DNA from: Candidatus Krumholzibacteriota bacterium
Lineage (GTDB): Bacteria > Krumholzibacteriota > Krumholzibacteriia > JACNKJ01
Length of the DNA: 64,000 bases
Assembly: GCA_016933175.1 (NCBI GenBank)
Contig: JAFGBK010000011.1
Span: forward strand, 1,254 to 65,253
Reading direction: 5' to 3'
Shown one piece after another: positions 58,583-64,000 of this stretch. Both the position numbers and the translations under genes were made by a program. Each line of letters opens with the position of its first letter. Positions within the stretch are counted from its first letter, which is position 1. The notes under the pieces were generated by a model. The model saw nothing but the letters and a program-made list of their open reading frames with translations, did not search any database and was not told the origin of the DNA.

Positions 58583-59982
58583 GGCGCCCGCCGCCGCCGC
58601 GTTTCCCGCCAACCCAGGACGCGGGTGAGCAGGGAGAAGGGCCGGCTCTCGCGGTTGGTCCAGACCAGCAGCCAGGCGCCGAAGGCGATGAGCAGGATGT
58701 TCGGCGTCCACATGGCCAGCCAGGGCGCGAGGTACTGCCGGTCCGCCAGCTCCTCGCCGCCCACCAGGAAGACGTAGTAGATGGTGAACAGCAGCAGGCT
58801 GAAGCTGATGCCCCAGCCCGTCCCGCCCCGCCCGGTCTTGATGGCCACCGGCGCGCCGAGCAGGATGAAGACGATGCAGGAGACGGGGATCGCGACCTTC
58901 TTGTGGATCTCCACCTCGTAGCGCAGGATACGCCGCTCCACCGAGGCCTGGCTCAGCTGCAGGTTCACCAGGCTGCGCAGGGTGTTCTCCTCCTCCTGGA
59001 TCCGCGTCGCGTTCGTGCGCGGGCGACCGCGGCGGCCGGCGCGCAGGCTGTCGGGGGACGCATCCTTGGCGCGCAGGTAGCTCTCCCGCGCGGCGGGCGC
59101 CAGGAGGGCCAGGGTGCGCTCGATCTGCCCCTCGGCCTCGGCGCCCAGGCGCTCGTCCAGCCGCGACAGCTCCTCGCGGTGCCGGACGATCTTGTCCCGC
59201 ATCATGCCCATCGACATCTCCCGGTCGCCGCGGTGTTCGTGCTCCTGGCGCCGCAGGCTGCGGTCGATGTCCCGCAGCAGGATGTTCATGCGATCGAAGA
59301 CCGTGATCTGGAAGCGGCGCGGGCTGGCCAGGTCGGCCTCGAACTGCTCGCCGGTGCGCAGGACCATCATCAGCAGGTTGCTGGCCTCGTCGTGGACGAA
59401 GTCGGCCTCGCGGGCCGCGATGACGGTGGGATTCTGACCTCGCTCCTCGCGGTAGATGCGCAGCTGATAGAGGCGGCCGGTGGCCTCGTCCTTGCGCTCG
59501 GCGTAGAGGGTGTAGCCGGGGATGGACGTGATGAAGCGGCGCGGCTTGATGTCCAGGGCCGGCTTCTTGGTGCGCACGGCCATGAGCAGGTTCTTGAGGC
59601 GGTGGTTGGTCTCGGGCAGGACGTTGTTGTGGAAGCCGAACAGCAGGATCGTCACGGCCAGGGCGGCCAGGAAGGGGCCGGAGACGATGCGGTAGAGGCT
59701 GATGCCGCCCGAGCGCATGGCCGTGATCTCGTTCTCGGCCACCATCTGGGAGAAGGCCATCATGGTCGCGACCAGGACGGCCATTGGAATGGTTAATGCA
59801 AAAATATGCCCGAGGCTGAGCAGAATCAGCTCCGCGACCACCATGACCGGCACCTTGCTGACCAGGAAGAGCTCCAGGAAGGAGTAGAAGATATCGATCA
59901 CGAAGACGAACGTGAGGACCGATAGCCCGAGGAAGAAGGGTCCCACATGGTTGCGGAGAATATAGCGGTCGGCCAGCCTCAT
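58579..59982 (-). CDS. lptF: LPS export ABC permease, LptF/LptG family (with extended periplasmic/coiled insertion)
   Basis: MRLADRYILRNHVGPFF; overlaps lptG start by 4 nt. Confidence 0.7.
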   Translation of the reverse strand: MRLADRYILRNHVGPFFLGLSVLTFVFVIDIFYSFLELFLVSKVPVMVVAELILLSLGHIFALTIPMAVLVATMMAFSQMVAENEITAMRSGGISLYRIVSGPFLAALAVTILLFGFHNNVLPETNHRLKNLLMAVRTKKPALDIKPRRFITSIPGYTLYAERKDEATGRLYQLRIYREERGQNPTVIAAREADFVHDEASNLLMMVLRTGEQFEADLASPRRFQITVFDRMNILLRDIDRSLRRQEHEHRGDREMSMGMMRDKIVRHREELSRLDERLGAEAEGQIERTLALLAPAARESYLRAKDASPDSLRAGRRGRPRTNATRIQEEENTLRSLVNLQLSQASVERRILRYEVEIHKKVAIPVSCIVFILLGAPVAIKTGRGGTGWGISFSLLLFTIYYVFLVGGEELADRQYLAPWLAMWTPNILLIAFGAWLLVWTNRESRPFSLLTRVLGWRETRRRRAP

Positions 59983-60231
59983 CTGTTTCCTCTTTTGGGA
60001 CAACGACTTAACTGGAAGGGCGAGTGTACGTTACCCCTGCTCACCCCGACAAGGGAATAATGGGCCGCCGGACCCGCTCCGTCGAGCGGTGACGGGGGCC
60101 GACCCTCCCAGCGGCACGGCGCGGACGCGCGGCCCCGGCGCGACCGGGATGGAGCCTGTCCTCCGTTCGGGACAGCCGCGTCCACTCGGGGAGACAGTAC
60201 GCCCGGCCGCTGCCGTGAGGAAGGCCGCCCG

Positions 60232-63200
60232 ATGACCCGACCGCGGAAGCCGCAGCGCACCCGTCGCCGTTCCGGTGCGCTCCTGGCGGCGGCGCTGCTG
60301 CCGGGCCTCCTCCTCGCCGCCGGCGCCGCCCGCGCCGATCTGCTGCCCCCGCCCGAAATCCCCCGCTTCGGCCTCTATGCCGCCTGGCTGGAGGAGCGCC
60401 TCTACGCCCGCGAGGGCTGGGTGCTGGGCATGAACGCGCGCCACTGGCTGCCGCCCGACCTGCTGCCGCGGGGCTGGGACGACTACTGGACCGACGAGGT
60501 CCGGGTCCTGCCCGAGACGGACCTGGTGCTCTGGCTGCGCCGGCCCGCCATTCTCGCCCGCCTGGCGCCCCTGGCCGGCGGCGCCGATCCCTTCGGCAAC
60601 GCCGTGCGCGCCGCCTGGCCGGGCGTCCAGCGCCGCGAGCTGCTGCCCCGGCAGGCCTTCCTGGAGCGCACCCTGCGCGAGCGCCAGCGCCGCCTGATCC
60701 TGGACAAGGCCGCCCAGACGCGCGCGGTGGTGGCCCAGGAGGGCGCCCGCGGCTCCCTCATCGACATCACCATTCCCCTGAGCCTGCCCAGGAGCATCGA
60801 GCGCGTGGTGGGCCGCGGCGAGAAGAGCAACATCACCGTCACCGGCCGGGAGTCCATCACCTTCAGCGGGGAGACGACGCGCACGAACAAGTTCCTCGCC
60901 GACGAGTCCGGCCGCGGCCAGCCCCTGTTCCCCCGCCTGGAGATGAAGCAGGACCTGCAGGTGAAGCTCAGCGGCACCGTCGGCGAGAAGGTCCACGTCG
61001 AGGTGGAGAACAACAGCCTCGTCACGGGCGAAGGCGCCAACAAGATCCGCATCCGCTACGAGGGCGACGACGACGAGATCATCAAGCTCATCGAGATGGG
61101 CGACACACAGCTCAGCCTGCCCAGCTCGGGCCTCATCAGCTACTCGACCACCAACAAGGGCCTCTTCGGCATCAAGGTCCTGGGCAGCCTCGGGCCCCTG
61201 GACTTCACGGCCATCGCCAGCAAGCAGGAGGGGGAGCAGTCCAGCCGCACCTTCAACAACACCGGCTCGGTGGTGCAGAGCGACTACGTGGCCGACACCG
61301 GCTTCCTCGCCAACCAGTTCTTCACCCTCGACCATCCCGTCCAGGCCTCCCAGCCCGGCGCCTGGACCGTCGATCCCGTCACCCTGCACGTGTTCGTGGA
61401 CGACCTGCTGCCGCCCAGCCCCCAGGGCGAGGTCCAGTACGCCGCCTTCCTCTACGTGGACCTCGACGGCGACGGCCTCGGCGACGAGGCGGTGATCGAG
61501 GGCGGCGTCAGCAGCTTCCGGCTTCTCGATCCGGAGATCGACTACCAGGTCTGGCGGGACACCAACGGCAACTTCCGCGCCATCCAGCTGAACTCCCCTC
61601 TCCAGGAGAGCCACGTGCTGGCGGTCAGCTACGAGGCCTTGGACGCCGACAGCGTGCGCCACGCCGTCGGCACCGTGACCCTGACCGGCGTGCCGGGCTG
61701 GTTCTCCATCGAGGACATCGACGTCCTGGAGCCCGGCGATCCCGAGGCGCTGCAGCTCGAGCTGATCAAGCCCGAGAACTACACGCCCGAGAGCCCCACC
61801 TGGGACTACATGATGCGGAACGTCTACCGGCTCGGCGGCCGCAACATCGACTACAGCAGCCTCGAGGTGGAGGTCCACCGCATCAGCACGAGGCCGGATC
61901 CCTCGCACCCGGTGGACAGCAGCGTTCCCTATCTGCGCGCCTTCGGCCTGGACCAGAGCGCCGCCGACAACAATCCCGACACCTTCGGCCACGACGGCAA
62001 GGTGGACGCCTTCTGGGTGGACGCCGGTGAGGGCCTGCTCTTCTTCCCCCATTACCGGCCCTTCGATCCGCCGACGGCGCTCGTGAGCGACTGGACGCGC
62101 GCCTCGGAGGCCGACACCGCCAACGCCTTCGCCCTGGCGGCGACCGACCTGAACGCCTCCCTGTACGACGTGCCGCGGCGCGAGCTGCTCAAGAACCCGG
62201 CCTACAGCAAGTTCCTGATCCGCTTCAGCAGCTCCACGGTGGCCAGCCGCTTCAACCTGAACGCCTACGACATCCTCGACGGCAGCGAGGTGGTCATCCT
62301 CGACGGGCGCCAGCTCTCGCGGGGAACGGACTACCAGATCGACTACTTCTCCGGCGAGGTGGAGCTCGTCGGCAACGCCGCCGCCACGCTGACGCCCGAC
62401 AGCCGCGTGTCCATCACCTACCAGTACCAGCCCCTGTTCGGCGGCGGGAAGAGCAACCTCGTCGGCCTGCACGGCACCTACAACTTCGGCGAGAAGAACA
62501 AGGTCTCCAGCGCCTGGCTCTACGAGTCGCGTTACAGCGGCGCGCGCCGCCCGCGCCTCGGCGAGGAGAGTACGCGCAACGTGGTGGGCAACGTGCTGGG
62601 CAACTTCAGCGTCGAGCCGGCCTTCCTGACCCGGGCGGTCAACTGGCTGCCCCACGTGGACACCGACGCCCTGAGCACGGTCAACCTCAGCGGCGAGCTG
62701 GCGGTGAGCTTCCCCAACCCCAACGTGGACGGCGCCGCCTACCTGGACGACATGGAGGGCGCCGAGGACGCCGACGAGCTGAGCCTGCACCGCACCCAGT
62801 GGTTCCTGGCCAGCGAGCCCGCCGACGTCATCCGCGTGCCCGGCGGCGCCGACATCCCCGTGCTGCCGGCGGCCCGTGCGACCTACCCCTACTGGTTCCA
62901 TCCGCAGGGCACCACGCGGCGCGGCGACTTCAACCTGAACCTGCCGTCCCAGGAGGCCGAGGAGGTGGTGGAGGTCCTGCAGCTCAAGGTTCCCGTCAAC
63001 CTGACGGCCGCCCAGGAGGAGGCCTACCCGCCCCTGGCTGCGGTCAGCGCGGCCAACGAGGCCCTGGGCGACTCGATCTGGATGGGCCTGATGCGGGGCT
63101 TCGCCGGCGAGGGTCTGGACCTGAGCGAGGCCGAGTACCTGGAGATTTGGGTCAACGACTTCCAGCAGGATCCGGACACCCGCACGGGCCGCATCCACTT

Positions 63201-64000
63201 CGACATGGGCGACATCGACGAGGACTTCTGGAATCCGGATCTGGACATGCTCGACACCGAGGACCGCATCAACCGCGGCGTCTTCGACGAGCTGGAGGAG
63301 GACACGGGCCTCGACGGCGTGTACAGCAGCGGCGAGGGCACGCCCGTGGGACCCTACAGCAGCACCGGCGATCCGGCCGGGGACGATTACGACGCCGGCA
63401 AGCAGAGCGAGGTCTTCGGCAACGCCTACTTCAAGGTCAACGGCATGGAGGGCAACCGTCGCCTCGATTCGGAGGACCTGGACCGGGACGGCCAGCTCGA
63501 CACGCGCAACGCCTACTACTCGCTGGACGTCGGACTGGCCGACGAGCCGCTCATCGACATGGTCCAGGTGACCCTGGACGAGACGGGCGTGACGCCCACC
63601 AACTACAAGGCCTGGCGCCTCTACCGCCTCAAGCTCAGCGACGCCCGCCGGATCAGCGACGGCGTCCAGCAGCCGGACTGGACACGCATCAAGTACTTCC
63701 GCTTCTGGCTGGAAGGCATGAACCGGCCCGGCCAGGACCCCGCGCGCCCGCTGAACACCCTCGAGATCGCCAAGATCAAGGTCGTCGGCAACCGCTGGAA
63801 GACCCATGGCATCCAGGACGCCGCCACCGGCCTGACCCTCGCCCCGACGGAGCTGGCGAGCGGCGAGGTCGCGCGGGTCGAGGTCATCAACACCAAGGAC
63901 AACGCGAACTTCATCTGGCCCTTCGGCGAGGAGATCGACCCGGAGACGGGCCTGCCCGAGCGGGAGCAGGCCCTCAACTTCGTCTACGAGAACCTGGCGC
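60232..64000 (+). CDS. sprA: T9SS translocon / gliding-motility protein SprA (Sov), N-terminal about 1256 aa; continues past window end
   Basis: My own translation: signal peptide MTRPRKPQRTRRRSGALLAAALLPGLLLAAGAARA, then SprA-characteristic NKIRIRYEGDDDEIIKLIEMGDTQLSLPSSGLISYSTTNKGLFGIKVLGSLGPLDFTAIASKQEGEQS; frame open to base 64000. Absent from ORF track (no stop in window). Confidence 0.8.
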   Translation, partial: MTRPRKPQRTRRRSGALLAAALLPGLLLAAGAARADLLPPPEIPRFGLYAAWLEERLYAREGWVLGMNARHWLPPDLLPRGWDDYWTDEVRVLPETDLVLWLRRPAILARLAPLAGGADPFGNAVRAAWPGVQRRELLPRQAFLERTLRERQRRLILDKAAQTRAVVAQEGARGSLIDITIPLSLPRSIERVVGRGEKSNITVTGRESITFSGETTRTNKFLADESGRGQPLFPRLEMKQDLQVKLSGTVGEKVHVEVENNSLVTGEGANKIRIRYEGDDDEIIKLIEMGDTQLSLPSSGLISYSTTNKGLFGIKVLGSLGPLDFTAIASKQEGEQSSRTFNNTGSVVQSDYVADTGFLANQFFTLDHPVQASQPGAWTVDPVTLHVFVDDLLPPSPQGEVQYAAFLYVDLDGDGLGDEAVIEGGVSSFRLLDPEIDYQVWRDTNGNFRAIQLNSPLQESHVLAVSYEALDADSVRHAVGTVTLTGVPGWFSIEDIDVLEPGDPEALQLELIKPENYTPESPTWDYMMRNVYRLGGRNIDYSSLEVEVHRISTRPDPSHPVDSSVPYLRAFGLDQSAADNNPDTFGHDGKVDAFWVDAGEGLLFFPHYRPFDPPTALVSDWTRASEADTANAFALAATDLNASLYDVPRRELLKNPAYSKFLIRFSSSTVASRFNLNAYDILDGSEVVILDGRQLSRGTDYQIDYFSGEVELVGNAAATLTPDSRVSITYQYQPLFGGGKSNLVGLHGTYNFGEKNKVSSAWLYESRYSGARRPRLGEESTRNVVGNVLGNFSVEPAFLTRAVNWLPHVDTDALSTVNLSGELAVSFPNPNVDGAAYLDDMEGAEDADELSLHRTQWFLASEPADVIRVPGGADIPVLPAARATYPYWFHPQGTTRRGDFNLNLPSQEAEEVVEVLQLKVPVNLTAAQEEAYPPLAAVSAANEALGDSIWMGLMRGFAGEGLDLSEAEYLEIWVNDFQQDPDTRTGRIHFDMGDIDEDFWNPDLDMLDTEDRINRGVFDELEEDTGLDGVYSSGEGTPVGPYSSTGDPAGDDYDAGKQSEVFGNAYFKVNGMEGNRRLDSEDLDRDGQLDTRNAYYSLDVGLADEPLIDMVQVTLDETGVTPTNYKAWRLYRLKLSDARRISDGVQQPDWTRIKYFRFWLEGMNRPGQDPARPLNTLEIAKIKVVGNRWKTHGIQDAATGLTLAPTELASGEVARVEVINTKDNANFIWPFGEEIDPETGLPEREQALNFVYENLA

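Noticed and set aside
48433-60003. 48433..51120 - (895 aa), 51041..52516 -, 53089..54069 -, 53861..54850 -, 54472..56469 -, 56120..57244 -, 56218..57612 +, 57584..58777 +, 58903..59796 +
   Set aside because: Antisense or frame-shifted to GH57, ptsI, PGI/PMI, the nucleotidyltransferase, metK, ahcY, lptG, lptF.
60031-63807. 1258-aa minus-strand ORF
   Set aside because: Antisense shadow of the plus-strand sprA gene, which is open from 60232 to the window end and carries signal-peptide and SprA-like sequence; the minus product is Ala/Gly/Val/Asp low-complexity.

Overview
This 64-kb window is about 70% GC and gene-dense. It looks like bacterial chromosome from a type IX secretion system (T9SS)-bearing lineage, possibly Gemmatimonadota-like or another FCB-group candidate phylum; that placement is inferred from GC content plus SprA only. 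I found no transposases, integrases, CRISPR arrays, tRNA/rRNA genes or recognisable defence islands. Almost every long ORF in the six-frame track that lies antisense or frame-shifted to the genes below is a high-GC artefact. I called genes from recognisable protein motifs, ribosome-binding sites and 4-nt start/stop overlaps. The track also misses two real genes because they run off the window edges: a LysM/M23 peptidase at 1..894 (-) and the T9SS translocon SprA from 60232 (+) to the end.

Gene content in order: a LysM-M23 peptidase plus a POTRA/Omp85-like outer membrane protein (-); an AlaX-type editing protein; a secreted beta-propeller, PrmA and an unusual tandem-S49 (SppA-like) peptidase with a FadL/PorV-like N-terminal domain (-). 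Next comes a tightly coupled ArsR(DUF2087)-NUDIX-TldD-PmbA-GT4-EcfT-like-TruA string, then Fsa/transaldolase, HtrA, PurB, a second SppA, and purL-purQ-purS(tandem)-purF. After that: a lipoprotein, a saccharopine-dehydrogenase-family protein, Mpg, PcnB (with an in-frame microsatellite), a deoxynucleoside kinase, TrmB, TruD, a small overlapping ORF, proline dehydrogenase, an orphan OmpR-type response regulator, and a TSP3-repeat/TolB-propeller lipoprotein. Then RNase G and rplU-rpmA, followed by a conserved block: kdsB, pyrG, kdsA, kdsC, kdsD, lptC, lptB, rpoN, hpf, hprK, and an EIIA(Man)-EIIB(Man)-GH57-HPr-EI set that lacks any PTS permease. The window ends with a PGI/PMI-family isomerase, an NDP-sugar pyrophosphorylase, metK, ahcY, divergent lptG-lptF (-) and sprA (+).

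The observations most worth a second look are: the FadL/PorV-like::S49 peptidase fusion in a T9SS context; the permease-less regulatory PTS in the rpoN-hpf-hprK locus with a GH57 enzyme embedded in it; overlapping sigma54/sigma70 promoter candidates upstream of lptC-lptB-rpoN; the TldD/PmbA-glycosyltransferase-orphan EcfT module; and an AT-rich intergenic island with a hairpin+U9 terminator.

Coordinates for starts I inferred may be off by a few nucleotides.
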